From: Chrysomallon squamiferum
Taxonomy: Eukaryota; Animalia; Mollusca
Reading direction: 5' to 3'
DNA: 64,000 nucleotides
Assembly: GCA_012295275.1 (NCBI GenBank)
Contig: CM022670.1
Location: forward strand, 40,920,001 to 40,984,000
Of this stretch, positions 1 to 63,179 are shown one piece after another. The position numbers and the translations under genes were made by a program. The notes beneath the pieces are model-generated. The model made no database searches. It was not told the DNA's origin and was given only the letters and a program-made list of their open reading frames with translations. The first letter of the stretch is position 1. Every line of letters begins with the position of its first letter.

Positions 1-199
1 TTTTACGTTTTGTGGTCGTTGATGTTATTGTTACTTTCATTATCATTATTATTATTGTTATTATTATTTTTTTTTTTATCTTATTTTGTTTGTAATATTA
101 TTATTAGTAGTATTGTTGTTGTTGTTGTTGTTGTTATTACTATTATTGTTATTATTATTATATTATTATTATCATCATTTTTATCTTATGTTGTTGATA

Positions 200-240
<41 letters not shown>

Positions 241-519
241 TTTTTTATTTTTATTTTTTTATTTTTTATTTTTTTTTATTTTTTTTAAACATAACAAGAA
301 AACAAAGGGATTAGGTTTCAGCTCTAATCAGTTTCTTCTATTTGGTTTATCATAATGAATGAACGTCTGCAGTTATCTGTCACACATTTGTCATTATTAT
401 TATTTAAAAAAAAAAAAAGTTACATAATTTACACAAGAACCCAGTCGTACCAGTGCACGAAATCTTGTTACGAGTCTAAAACGTAACCTGTCTGCAGCAG
501 AGAACAGTTCAAATACTGA

Positions 520-577
520 TGACGTGTGGGCGGCTTGATCACGTGGTATAAAACAGGAAATCCAGTCACGTGATCAA
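520..577 (+). promoter_or_regulatory. Candidate Pol II core promoter/enhancer (CRE half-site, GC box, E-boxes, TATA)
   Basis: TGACGT 520, GGGCGG 528, CACGTG 540, TATAAAA 547, CAGGAAA 554, CACGTG 567; motif match only. Confidence 0.35.
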
Positions 578-1188
578 AGCTGTTAAAACACGTCACGTTA
601 GATCGGAGTTCGTGATTTTCGAGTTTTTGTTAGAATGTACTTCGGCGTCAGTGAGACGTGAAATAACATTTTTGTGTCATTTTTTCTCTCGTTTAGTCAC
701 CGAAAGTGAAAAACAAACACGACTTGATAACGTTTGAGGAAAATGTAATCAAAATGAAAGAAGAAGAAGAAAAAAAAAATGGTAAATTGTAGTTCTGAAG
801 AAATAATAGTGATTTTAGAAAGAAAGAATGAATTAATGATAGAAAGAAAAAAGAAGGAAAGAAAGAAAGAAAGAAAACAAAGAAAGAAAAGATAAGAAAC
901 GAAAAAGAAAAATCTGCGTATTTTGGGTCATAGAAAAATGAGTAGTGTTGGAAACGTTTAATTTTTTTTTTTTTTTTTTTTTTTTTTTCCTGGAGACAAA
1001 GTTTCATTACTTTATAAAGATAAAAACTTGTGATAACAAAACTTCTTCATCTTGATAAACTCAGTCACAACCTCTGAGAGTCGCTTTTATATTTGATCCA
1101 CAACACAATCTACTTTACACTTTCTGAACGTTTTTCTTATGTGCGTATGTATATCTGTGTGTGACTGTGTGTGAGTGTGTGTGTGTGT

Positions 1189-1383
1189 AACGGTTTGACA
1201 TTTTGAGAAATGTTTGAAAGTACGTAATACATCATTTTAGTGTAAGTTAAAGTAAGTATAACCTTATATATGTGTCTAAAAATGGACCATAATGATGAAC
1301 ATCTCTGCAAAAAGTATTTAAAGCTTTTAAGCAATGAAAAATGTCTATAGTTCAGTCCATATAAAAGCATCACATAAAATATG

Positions 1384-1434
<51 letters not shown>
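1189..1434 (+). mobile_element. ~200-bp dispersed repeat with (GT)n end (non-autonomous element, class unknown), copy 1
   Basis: Reverse complement of 20446-20683 with scattered substitutions; ORFs 1137..1373(-) and 20405..20626(+) share LLYGLNYRHFSL. Confidence 0.75.
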
Positions 1435-1435
<1 letters not shown>

Positions 1436-2188
1436 TGTCATTGTGTGTGATTTAAAAACACTAAGATTAATTTTACATCAAATAGGATATTTGTCAGTTA
1501 CATGACAGTTTAAAATCCTGAAATTGGTTTTGTTTTTTCTTTCTTTCTTTCATTCTTTTGTATTTATTATTATTATTTTTTATATTATTTTTCTGGCTCA
1601 TATGATTTTTATAAAAATAATGTCACCTGCCATTTAAATAACCCAAAATAACACAGAAATGGTTGCCATGAAACACCGATAATTCCAATACAATGGAAGG
1701 ACTAGTTTTTTTTAGAAATACAAATAAAAATATTTTTATGCTATATAAATATTTACGTTTCTGACAAATTTAATAGCAAATCTGAATCAATTTTATTCGT
1801 GTATAAATATTCGTGATAAAATATTTGATCGTAACAAAGTTAATATTTACTTTTTGGGCAGTTCGCAGCCTATTTTTGATCTGTAAATACGGTTACGAAA
1901 CTTACAAAGTTGTGAACAATTCAACTTTTGTAAATATTTCATAATTACTTTTCATTTAAAGTTACTAAAATGGCGATTGTTTCCAGTTCTTTCTAAACAG
2001 ACTGTGCAGTAATGAACTTTATTTTAATTATACGATTTCTAAGTGCACACAGTCAAAGTTTATCTCAGTACAGTAACAAGAACTACAATAGCAGCAACAA
2101 CAACAACAACAACAATAATAACAATTATAACAATAATAGCAAAAATACTATTAATAACAATTACGACAACAACACCAACAACAATAAT

Positions 2189-2262
<74 letters not shown>

Positions 2263-2807
2263 TAATAATAAATACATACGGTAAACAGAAAATAATTGAA
2301 TAATGTAATTTTACCACACTGGTAAATTGTCGCTGACAAAGTTTAGAAATTTAGTTTCATGCACTGTATTACCATGGTCCTAAACAGACCGCATTTTAAA
2401 CTTTTCAACCGCGAAACATATTTCATTATTTTTATGCAGCTTTTGCTTCTAAATCATATTTCACCGATTGATTCATTTAACATTTTTTTGTCACGCACGC
2501 TTTTCTCCCGACAGTATCAAAGACATTCTTCAAAAATGTAAAAGCTCTTTTCTGTTCTTCATTTGTCATTCGGGATAATGAAGAGTTTGCTAAACTGTTG
2601 GGACAAGCAAGAAAGTCAATAACTGCATCTTTACGTCAGTTCGGAGTTTGATATTTGTCATTTTCAAAACTGTTGTCAGCTAATTAGCTGTGTCCACTCA
2701 ATGTACGCCTGGCTAAAAGGATTTCTCAGATGGAAAACAAAAAAGGTAATCAACAAATCTGATTCATCGGTTTTCTTCGTCAACGAAAACACAGCGTTCG
2801 TCGAGGT

Positions 2808-2809
<2 letters not shown>

Positions 2810-2889
<80 letters not shown>
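2810..2889. repeat. (GA)n microsatellite
   Basis: About 40 perfect GA units upstream of exon A. Confidence 0.98.
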
Positions 2890-2893
<4 letters not shown>

Positions 2894-3430
2894 AAATGGT
2901 GACAGAATAATACGAACATTTTAAAGATTTTTTTTAATTTAAAAGTTTTCCATCTGAGAAAAAGAATTATACTTTAGAGAAATGTGAATAATAAACTAAT
3001 GCAAAACAAAATAAAATGAAATAAAATAAAGGAAATGTCAGCCATTTACTGATATTAACCTTTTTTCTAGATCTATGGTGTAAAATATATATGTTTGTAT
3101 GTATGTATATAAGTATGAATGAATGTATGTATGTATGTATGTATTTATGTATTTATGTATTTATACATATACACACACAAACATACAACTTACAAAGGCA
3201 GCAAATACAGACTAAAAAGATGAACAACGAAATGAACATAAAATGGACAGACAGAGAAATGTACGTAGGTAGGTTACTGAACAAACCAATCAGACATGAA
3301 GAAACAAACTGAGGACGGAAAGTTTATTTACAATATCAGTCAGTTATTATTATTATATGTTTCACAACAGTTAAAAAGTTAAAATTCAGTCACCAAAAGT
3401 TTAAAAGTTTTGTGTTTTTCTCACTTTCAG

Positions 3431-51533
<48,103 letters not shown>

Positions 51534-51541
<8 letters not shown>

Positions 51542-52520
51542 AACTTCTCTTTAAAAACAAACACGAAGAGTGTATCCTGTAAAACTTCTCTTTAAAAACA
51601 AACACGAAAAGTGTATCCTGTAAAACTTCTCTTTAAAAACAAACACGAAGAGTGTATCCTGTAAAACTTCACTTCAAAAACAAACACGAAGAGTGTATCC
51701 TGTAAAACTTCTCTTTAAAAACAAACACGAAGAGTGTATCCTGTAAAACTTCACTTCAAAAACAAACACGAAGAGTGTATCCTGTAAAACCTCTCTTTAA
51801 AAACAAACACGAAGAGTGTATCCTGTAAAACTTCACTTCAAAAACAAACACGAAGAGTGTATCCTGTAAAACCTCTCTTTAAAAACAAACACGAAGAGTG
51901 TATCCTGTAAAACTTCTCTTTAAAAACAAACACGAAGAGTGTATCCTGTAAAACCTCTCTTTAAAAACAAACACGAAGAGTGTATCCTGTAAAACTTCTC
52001 TTTAAAAACAAACAAGAAGATCATCGTGTTAAACCTTCTCTTCATAGAAAACACGAAGAGTGTTTCCTGTAAAACTTCTCTTTAAAAACAAACAAGAAGA
52101 TCATCGTGTTAAACCTTCTCTTCATAGAAACCAAGAAGAGTGTTTCCTGTAAAACTTCTCTTTAAGAACAAACAAGAAGATCATCGTGTTAAACCTTCTC
52201 TTCATAGAAACCACGAAAAATAGATCATTTAAACCTTCTCTTTAAAAAAACAAGATGACCATCGTGTTAAACTTTCACTTCATAGAAACCACGAAGAGCA
52301 TCCTTTAAAAACCATCTTCTCTTCGTAGAAAAGACGAAGAGTGTATCCTTTAAAACAAACTTTTAAACCTTTATAGAAACCACAAAAAATAGAACATCCT
52401 GTAAAAAACAAGATGACCATCGTGTTAAACTTTCACTTCATTGAAACCACAAAGAACATCCTGTAAAACCATATATTCATAGAAGCCACGAATATCATCC
52501 TATAAAACCTACTCTTCACA
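51534..52520. repeat. 41-bp minisatellite (12 units), then an 80-bp dimer (x3) and degenerate units, in the putative 3' UTR
   Basis: AAAAC(T/C)T.. at 51540, 51581, 51622 ... 51991; 80-bp period at 51991, 52071, 52151. Confidence 0.94.
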
Positions 52521-54481
52521 GGAAATAAAGATGTATCTGTCAAGCTCCTTAACTGCAGATGTTGGTGGACCAAAAAAAGTTGTTCTAACAGTTTTTCTTT
52601 ACAGAATAAAAAAGGAATTTCCATTCTGTAACATACTGGTGCATTACAGAAACATGTCCAGAAGGAATAGCACTTCTGTTGTGCGTAAAACTGGCGTGTT
52701 TGTGTGTTTTGTATACAAAAAAGTGACTGGTTTCGCTGTACACAAAAAGAACACCCGAAGAGCACAAACTTTCTAACACGCGGAGAACACAAATTTGTGA
52801 CAATTTAGTTACGTGTATAAATGAAAATATAAAGGTTACTTAATAAAATATAGGGCACGTAAAATGAACAATATTATAATAGCATTTATATATGATTAGG
52901 ATGGGAAATATATCAACCTTTCCTATTGTCATCAGTTACAAATCATTTTACAAGTAAATTTTGACAGGTATTTTGACTATTTTGACTGTAATTGATGTGC
53001 TAAGTAGTCTGTCTACGATAGGATCAAGAATAATTATAATTCTGCTTTCAAAGCTTTACCATGTTTGTGAATACTACACAAAAACAACAAGGTGCAGACA
53101 GTTGTCGCTTGTCCTCTACTGTCGTACGGTTAGGACAATTAAAATAATTATTATTTCTGCTAATTTGTTTTACTTACGTACTTAGTAAAAACGTATTCAG
53201 GTGAAAAAGAACCACATTATGTTTTTACAGTCTAAACGAATCCACCGAACTGAATTTTGCTCTGTATGCAGCAGTTGACTCTATTTATGTTTCTGTTCGT
53301 AAAGCTCAAATGTTATAAACTAAACTGTGTTCTCCTGTGTTTGACTTAAGTGAGTTAATAACTGACACTGAAAAGTTTTGGTTTTGCTCTTAGCAAGAGC
53401 AATACAATCAGCTGAACGAAAACAAGTTGTATCTTAAAGATGTATCAGATCTTTAAAACAAAGTTTTAAGAAGGGATATGTGTTTGATATCTGTGTTTGA
53501 CATATGTATTTAACATACATATTTGACAAGTGTATTTGACATTATTGTTTTTGACATATTTATTTGACATCTATTGGAAGAAGTGAAGATGTAGTTGATA
53601 AAAGAAAATGGATACAAAGACTGATAAAAATGGCTGCAGTGACAGATACACTGAGTTTGTTTCTGTTTCTGTTCTGTGAGCGAATCGTGTGAACAGTGAA
53701 ACAAAACCACAATATACACACCGTGACGTAAACTTATGTTGTTACCATGGATATAACTTTCATAAAAAAAAAAAAAAATTGAAAATTGGCTTTAAAAAGT
53801 GAAAAAAAATCTCTTCATTCTTTGTGTTTACAGAGGATGTACAAAAAAGGCGTCAGCTATCAGGCTGTGTTCAAATTTTAAATAAATGTTTGTGTCTGTT
53901 TGGTGCTTGTAGAATCACTGTGCGAACAAATATTACAACTGATAATTTCGTCTTAAACGAGCCTCGTTTTGAGTCTCGGGTGAGGATATTCAAAACCGAT
54001 TACTACAGATTGCACGCTGTTTTTTTTTTTAATGGAACTCTGCAGACTGATCAAAGTCTCAAGATGGTGTTTGTCTGTGTTTGGTGTCCGTTGTCTTTTG
54101 TATGTGATGTAATAAATAAAAATATCTCAGTTCTTTGTTTTGTACAGTTAAGAGACATTATAACACAATTTCTGTGTTTTCCTTCAGCAAGGATGTTAGA
54201 GAAAGAAGGAAGTGATATAATTATACAGACGCATACATAATAATACATGTATGTATGCACACACTGATTCACATTTATACATAGATTCACAAGACACACA
54301 CTGGCATACACACAGACACACTCTGACACAAACACATAAAACAAACACAAGTGTCTTGTTAAATGGCTATTTTGGTACACCAGTACTCGACAATCGCATT
54401 AAAAGCTTTAATACAGCAAATTACAAAATAAATGTCTAAAACATTTTTGGACAGAATGGAACTTTTTACTCCTCTGAATGT

Positions 54482-54520
<39 letters not shown>

Positions 54521-54592
54521 TTATCTTCATCATCTTCATCATCATCATCATCATCATTATTATTATCATTATTATTATTATCATCATCATCA

Positions 54593-54623
<31 letters not shown>

Positions 54624-54697
54624 TACTATTATTATTACTATCATTATTATTATTATTATTATAATCATTATTATTATTATTACTATCATTATTATTA

Positions 54698-54752
<55 letters not shown>
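54482..54752. repeat. (TTTA)n/(CAT)n/(TAT)n compound microsatellite
   Basis: Source of the poly-H/Y/I ORFs. Confidence 0.95.
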
Positions 54753-54753
<1 letters not shown>

Positions 54754-55792
54754 TATGTTTATATGTGTGTGTGTGTGTTAATTTTTAAAATGATCATACT
54801 TTCTTTCTTTTCTGTGGTTCATCTTTTATTTTTTAAATTTTAATTCAGTTTTTATTTTTATCAAAATATTATTTAATTTAATTTTTTTTTTTCATAAAAC
54901 CTACAACATCAAAACACAGTGGTTAAAATGTGTAGAAACAGAAATCTCCTCACACTGATTATTCTTAAAATCGTTTTTGTCAGAAAAAGAAAAAAAAGAA
55001 ATTTCTATTTTTTTTTTTTTTTTTTAAATGTATAACAAAATTATATATTTCAGTAAACTCTATTTAATATTCAAATGCCGCCTGATACGATATTTTAAAT
55101 TTGTCACATCAAAATATTGGATGTCCGTGTAGCGGTTATGATGAAAATATGTTTAACTCTTTGTTTAAATCTTATTTGTAATAAGTGATTTCATCATTAC
55201 AGTTATTATTTCTACCAACAGAATCAAAAATCATCATCGTCATCATTACTGTCATCATTTATAACTTTGCATTACCCACAAAATGTTTTTTTTTTTTTTT
55301 TTTTTTTTTTTCAATAATTTTAATCTTTTGACTTTTGATGAAAATATGGGAAATGGTTTGAAACTTTCTATAAACGTTTTATTTTTGTGACTTTCTGTAA
55401 TCGTTTTTTGTCTAGAAGTATGTTATTTTTGTGTAACACTGAAAAAATATCATATTTGTAATATTTACTTACTTATTTATTTATTTATTCATTTATTCAT
55501 TGATTTCTTTCTTTCTTTCTTTCTTTCTTTCTTTATTAGAATGTTGTTGCTTTTTTGTTTTTGTTGTATTTTTGTTGTTGTTTTGGGGTTTAGTTTTTCT
55601 TTTTTTTTCTAATGTTTACTATTTTATTTATTTATTTATTTACAGTTCTTTATACAGATGAGAAAAATCTATTTTTAATATATAAATTTGTATGTGGGTA
55701 AATTTATCAACATTCTTTGCTGAATAAATAATTGGAATTTTTTTTATTTCATTATATATATGTGAGAGAGAAATTATCTGTCTGTCTATCTG

Positions 55793-55837
<45 letters not shown>

Positions 55838-55912
55838 ATTTTTTCACTCCTCAGATAGAAAGAAAGCTGGAAAGAAAGAATAGGACAGGAAGAATATTAC
55901 ACAAGCGGGCGT

Positions 55913-55947
<35 letters not shown>

Positions 55948-56683
55948 TACACAAACACACACATAAACATATACTCACACATACAGTTATACGTACACTC
56001 ACACACACACAAACACACACACACACACACACACACAATCACTCACACAATTACACACATGCACACATATTTACACACTGAGAAAAAAAACAAAAAAAAA
56101 CAGAGAGAAAACTCAAACAAACATCGAGTTAAATAATTCCATTACACATCATGCATCTTTGAATGGAAGACAGGTTTGAAGAAAATTAACTGTCGCGCGA
56201 GACCGATTTCACAATGGCGAATTCGTCTCCTGTGTTTCCGGTGAGGGAAAAACGGATCCCAGTTCTGAGAAACGCGGACAATACAACAACAAGCTAATTT
56301 CGTTTGTATCCGCCACATTGAAACGTGACTTTCCGAGAAATGGAGAAATGTCAGATCGCACGTTTTTTTTCTTTTTTCTAACGAGTGAAGGAATTGTGGA
56401 AAAAAAAAAAAAAAAAAAAAAAATGAGAGTCATGGGAAATTAATTAAAACTCTTTTGTTTCGCGGTCAAAACTGGCGTCTTCGAGTCCCGGGAGAGAGTG
56501 AGAACAATGATAATTTGTTCCTAAGTAAAACCACTGATAATAAATTGACGATTAACAGTTTTGTATTCCGCTCTTTTCCTGGCGTAGTACCTGAAAGAAG
56601 AAGAAGAAGAAGAAGAAGAGCAGAAAAGAAAAGAAAGTAATCGGAATCGCATTTCCTTATTCATTTCACAGTCATGTTTCGCT

Positions 56684-56714
<31 letters not shown>

Positions 56715-56986
56715 GTTCGGTTATTTACACAATTACGATTTAGCATTGTCTGGTTTTTATGCGAGTGTACAGGTGAAGCAGAAACATGTAAGCGTGTTTT
56801 CGCAAAGACTATCATTAAAAAAAGAGCACGTGAGAATAATAAAACTGTTATTCTGCTTCCTTGCTGCAGACAAGTGCAACTGAACTAACTCACCAGTGGA
56901 TCATCACATGAAGTGAAATGACGAACACTGACTGAATCGTTCTTACTGAATCAGCAACTAAATATGAGATGAATTTTAATGTGCGT

Positions 56987-57074
<88 letters not shown>

Positions 57075-58541
57075 AACAGCCAAAACAAAAACACAAAAGA
57101 GAGATTATCAGTGAAAAACAGAGATTTGGAAAATGACGGAGAAAAAGAATGAAAGAAGGAAGAGAAACTGGCTAACGACTAATATTAACAAGAGTTTCTT
57201 CATCATGTCTTCGTTTCTTAGCACAGACACCGTGTTAAAAATACAATTTTATGCGTGTGGTTTTAAATTACTGACACGACTAACAATGTTTAAAATCGCT
57301 GTGAAAAGTCTTTATCAGATTTAAACTGCATCCATGTCGTTCATTTTCCTATCGCAAAGAGAATCGTGAAAAGTTTACAGTCTAGAAAAGACATTTGTAA
57401 ACGTGAGTATTTCCCTCTAGCTCTGTGTAACCCCTGTGTGAAGGAATTGCGAAGACAAAAAAAAAAAAAAAAAAAAAAAAAAATCAACGGAAATGAATTA
57501 AAACGATTTGGTATCTCGGTGAACTGTGGCATTTTTTAGTACTTGGGAAGGAGAGAACAATGATTATTTGTCTCTAAGAAAAACTGATGTTAATAAATTC
57601 ACGATCACATGTCGAGTTACTCACCATGCTGACGAAGAAAGAGTTAATTAGGAACGAAAAATTCATTTAAAAATAAAAAATAAACGTTTTCTGAAGATTA
57701 TTTCTCTCCTCTCATACGCTTGAAGTCGTGAATCCAGCAGAGACACGTTTTTTATATTATGACGTCATTAAGATATTAATAGTAACAAAATATGATCAAA
57801 CTGAATCATATTAATGTAATCGTTAAATTCTCCCATCTTTATTATTTTATTATTATTATTATTATTATTGAAAGTGCTTTTAAATGTCTCCGAATTAAAG
57901 CAAAATATAAGACTGCATAGACTAATTTCTAAATTTCGTTTATTCTCGTAGTGTATGAGACCTAAGTGCACTAAACTGCTAAAAAGTCCATTTTCTTCTC
58001 TCTTTTTAAAATACGTCTTAATATTAGCAAAGAAAATAATTATTTATCATGCTTCTCTCTGTGATAACGGCATTATGTTTCAGTGTCTGGTAAAACCAGA
58101 ACGTGCTGTATTAAATTAAAACTTACTACAAATTATATATGTATGTATTTTAATTGTATTAAGCATCAAATCTATAAAGACTGCTGTTGTATGATTTTAG
58201 ATATAAAAAAAATAATAATAATAATAAAAAATCGTTTTTTTATTTTTACCAGAGATTCCCCATTATAGGTTTTGAAAAATACAGTATCCACAACGTTCCA
58301 TAACTTAGAAACTAGCTGACAGATGATGTTTCAAAACGGTTCTGTCTTTAGTTACATTTGCAACAGGACATACAACATTCGACTCCTGTTACTACAGTGT
58401 GACAAAGTTTTTCCATAACCACGAAAGATGCAAGCAGTATTTTAAAAATATCATTTCTTCTGAACATTCGAAAAATGAATATGTCCATTCCAAACTTTTA
58501 CATTATCATCATTTTCATCATCATGGTTATATTATTTATAA

Positions 58542-58644
<103 letters not shown>

Positions 58645-59389
58645 CACGTAATAGTAATTACTATTTAAATATCTTTGACGTCATTCTGCACACTTTTCAT
58701 GCATATTTGCTCTCTGGGTGTGTTTAAGGCCGGTTGCACTTTCTCTCCACAAATATAACGCAGACCACAAAAGACAAAATCGAATGATATGAACCTTTTC
58801 TGAAACTGATGAGAATTTAACAGCAGAAATGTGGGGAATTTCAACGCTCTGCGCGCTTCTCAAGGGAGGAAACTAAAGAAGAGAAATATTTCATTACAAT
58901 TATTTCCTGACATAGTTCATATAATATGAAATATGACTGTTCGGTATTTTAAAAATCAGCAGAAAAGGAATTGCCAGATAACACTCCAAAAATAAACTTG
59001 TCCATTCAGACTTTTTATTATTATCATTTCCATAATCATAATTGTTATTATTATTATTATTATGATAATTCTTCTTCTTCAATATGTGTATATATATAAG
59101 AGTAATATATATGTAAATATGCACATTATTATAGATTCGCACACGTGTTTAAGACTGTGATAATGGTTTCTGGTCTAATATCGTGTAGAGAGATTTCAAT
59201 CAATCAGCGTCTAACATGATATTCATCTCACTCTGCTCGTGTAAGCTGACGTTACATAACACGAGGCCACAGTCGCACGTCAACCTTTGAAGACCGGTTA
59301 ATGTGGAGAAAAGCTTTTAGAGAATCATTTCATCTTGTATCAACGATCAACTGTCTGCTACATCATGCTAAGTAATGTGATAAATAAAT

Positions 59390-59472
<83 letters not shown>

Positions 59473-59504
59473 CTGTCAGTATAAATCCGTCAGACGACTA
59501 ACAA

Positions 59505-59855
59505 CATTACTGATTATACTGTTACAAACATGTTAAAACATGTTACAAAGTATTTCTTATTATACCGTTACAAGCGTTTTACAAATACAGATATTTCTCT
59601 TTACAGCATAACAAACAAGTTACAAACTAGCACAAACATTTCTGATTATATCATTACAAATTTGAAATGTTGCTGATTATATCGTTACGAAATGGAGATG
59701 TTAATGAATATACCGTTACAAATGTTGCCGATTATTCCGTCAGATGTTGACGAATATACCGTTACAACTGTGAGTTGTTGCAGATTATTCCGTCAGATGT
59801 TGACGAATATACCGTTACAACAGTGAGTTGTTGCAGATTATTCTCTTACAAACGT
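59505..59855. repeat. Degenerate tandem repeat (GATTAT..CCGTTACAAA core) with a recent ~53-bp duplication
   Basis: GATTATTCCGTCAGATGTTGACGAATATACCGTTACAAC at 59730 and 59783. Confidence 0.75.
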
Positions 59856-59878
59856 AAAATATTACACGCTTGTTAATC

Positions 59879-59909
<31 letters not shown>

Positions 59910-60712
59910 TTTTTTTTGGCAATACGAGTTAGAATATGAAAAGAAAATTATTTCTACTGGCCTGATTTCCTTCCAAGTCCCAAGGGACACAATTTCATCC
60001 TCAGTGAACTGTGTAAAACTTGATATTAGACAAACCCAATTAAGTGCCCCTTTTGTGTTTTCCTTTCAGCAGGCCATTTGTTTCAATGCGAGGCTCTTAC
60101 CGTCACTGGCGAAATTACTGCTTTGTGTACACAATAATGGTCATGACGTCATTCTGTGATTCTTTAGTTTCGTGTTTGGTTGTTTCGTAATAGATGTAAA
60201 CAAACGTGCGTGCTATATATCTAGCTATTTACACAAATCTATAAATGAATGTTAGTTCTGCAGTTGGTTTTGTACTATCCCACGCCTGCAACAATGAGAA
60301 AATTGCATAGTCAAAGAACGTCACAGGAATTGCTGACGTCAAACGTAATAAATTATTCATGACGTCTTACTAGCCCTATTCATAACAATGACACTAGTTT
60401 GATAAAATATTTGATCAGTTTGTGAAATAATTTTAATATTTTATTATTAAAAGTAAAATAAATAACATTTTAAAATACACTGACGAAATTACTCATAGTT
60501 CTTTTGTTTGTTTGTTTGAACATATTTTATTTATTTATCTTTATTTTTCATATTTTGATTAACATTTTGTTGTTGTTGTTTATTTGTTTTGGTGGAAGTA
60601 TCTATACAAAATAAAAGGGAAAACGTAATTCATTTCACTGGCTTTTTAATTTTATTTCCGTACATTTATCATTATTACAGATAAAATAATTATAATAATT
60701 AATTTTTTAAAA

Positions 60713-60743
<31 letters not shown>

Positions 60744-61540
60744 GTAGATGTGTAATAATAAAAATAAAAAAATCATATTTTGTTTAAATCAGAACTGCCA
60801 TTCTTTACAATGTAACACACGACTACAAAATGTTTCTAAAACATTCAGTAAAAGACGAATGGTTTATTAATAATAATAATTAATTTTAAAAAATTCCAAA
60901 TCTCAGATTTAATCAAATAAAAAAATAAATAATGAATAATAGCGACAGGAGATTTCCGTTTCTTTTCGTTTTTCTTTTTATTTCCAGCAGCAAGGTTGAT
61001 TTTTAAGTTGAAGTCCAATTTGTATTGCTTTTATTTAGAGAAAAACTACAAAAATACCAACAAAAAAAACACAAAAAAAGTTCACCTACACACTACAGGT
61101 GTGTTTTTAACGAGTTTCAATTTTTGTCTGATTTTTGTTTTCTCTCTAAACGTCTTCTTACACAATTCCAATTAATTTCTGCCTTCAGGCCGCGAGTCCT
61201 TTTCAAAGAGAAATTCCCTGAGAAGTGGTAATATGTTGATCGATGCATTTAAAATGAAATAAATAGTTTAGCTTCAGGAATCGTTTTTCTTCTTCGTCTT
61301 CAAGGTTACTTTTTTCTTCTTCTTCTTTTTTTCTTTCTTTCTTTCTTTTTTTTTAAAAAAAAAAAAAAATTGTTTTACTTTTCATTCTATTCTTTTTTCT
61401 CTTATTTGTTTCTGTTTTGTTCATTTTTTGGTTTGGTTTTTTTCCATATGCATCTATTTTTTTTTAATTTATTTAATTTATCCTGTCCTTCTCGTAATTA
61501 TTTGTTCTTATTTTATTTTTATATTTACAAAAACCTTCTT

Positions 61541-61735
61541 GTGTCAGCTCGTCCTTATCTTAAAAAAAAAAGAACATTCTATGCTTATTGTTCTGTACAC
61601 GATATCACAAGCTATTAACTGATCCGATCCTTCTCTTAATTTAAACTTTTTTAGACAAAAAGCTATTTAAGTCAAGCTGTCCATATCTTAATAAAAGAAC
61701 ATTCTGTTGTTGTTGTTCTGTACACGATATCACAA
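61541..61735. repeat. Local ~125-bp direct duplication
   Basis: AAAAGAACATTCT...TTGTTCTGTACACGATATCACAA occurs twice (~61568 and ~61693). Confidence 0.7.
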
Positions 61736-62599
61736 AATATTTTCGTTCAAAAACAAACCAGAATAAAAACCTGATTAATGCCGTCCAGTAAACATTTTGA
61801 TCATTTATTATTATTTTAGTTATATTTGTTTTTAATTGTTATTGTTTTTTTTATATGCTACGTTGTGTTATGTCATGTCATTTTACTTTACTTTTCATTT
61901 CCTTTATTTTGTGATAAATATTCTTTTGCGTATGAAACATGGACTAAACATCAGTCGTTTTCACCTACACTAGAACATAACCAGGTATATGAACTGTCAT
62001 TAGTTTTTAAATAAATAAATAAATACATTTTTTTTTAAAAGGCTACCATTCCGTAATTTTAGCTAAACCTTTGTAAAATTTTGTTTCTTTTCAGCAACAA
62101 GTTTGACGAATGATACGTAAAACTTTACAAATCGTGCTAAAATTAATGTACTGTTTTGACATTTTCACAGTAAAACGAGAAAAATTAAATTTGTTAAAGT
62201 AACGTATTGGCTGATAATGTATGGCAACAAGCTACTGGGTGTGTCAGATAAAAATGTATATTTAGTTAAACCATTAAACTGTTGACAAAAAAAACTTCTA
62301 AGTTCTGGGAGTTTAGTTTTCAAACTGTCTTTACGTGAACATTTTAATATTGTTTCTGTTTCTTACAAAATTAATGCGCATATCAAAATCCGTCATTTCG
62401 TCCATAACTTATCGTTAACTTTTTATTATTTTTAAAAAAATTATGACAAGTTTTAACAGTTTCGTTTCTAGAACATACTCACTTTTCAAGAGAGAATCGC
62501 GAAATGTCAGTTATTGCAGTTTCAAGTTTTTAAAAAGCATTCTGATCTTGCCAAAATGCAATTTGTTGACCCTCGTGTTGGTTTTAACGAAAACTGATT

Positions 62600-62752
62600 T
62601 ATAGCGGAAGGTGGATTTATACTGCTAAATTCCTGGATCACCAAGGTTTGATACGTTCCACTGTCGGAGTACAAACATGGCGAACTCAAATCAGCCTTCA
62701 TCTTACCGGGTTTTTAATCAGCACACAGCGGAAATACGCAAACCGGAAATAA
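62600..62752. promoter_or_regulatory. Candidate housekeeping-type promoter (YY1-like and ETS-like motifs)
   Basis: GCGGAAG 62604, AACATGGCG 62674, GCGGAAAT 62728, ACCGGAAAT 62742 in a locally CpG-rich patch. Confidence 0.3.
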
Positions 62753-62933
62753 CATAATTATCTCCCTCATTTCTGCATCTTTACACTAAAATGATTTGAT
62801 TATATTATTACGACTAAATTAAACTGTTTATATCTTCAGTATACATGTTGCTACTGATAAATTTGAAAATATGTAACGCAACAAAAGGAATTCTTGTTGT
62901 TGTTTGTGTTTTGGGGGATATGTTTATGTTTTT

Positions 62934-62996
<63 letters not shown>

Positions 62997-63148
62997 CCTT
63001 ATCTTTTTATTCATGTATCATTGGTTATTTTTTTCTGGGTCTCTTAATAGTCAGTTTTTTTTCGTTTGCATATTTATTGTGGTGATTTGACTGTTTCCCG
63101 TGAATCAGCCATTTGTGTGTTTGTACGTGTTTATACCTGTCTGTATAC

Positions 63149-63179
<31 letters not shown>

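Noticed and set aside
52524-52850. Specific polyadenylation signal for the GPCR
   Set aside because: Several AATAAA hexamers (52524, 52605, 52842) in AT-rich DNA; cannot choose one without 3'-end data.
52433-54380. 80-140 aa ORFs downstream of the GPCR
   Set aside because: No recognisable motifs or coding-like composition; consistent with UTR or intergenic DNA.
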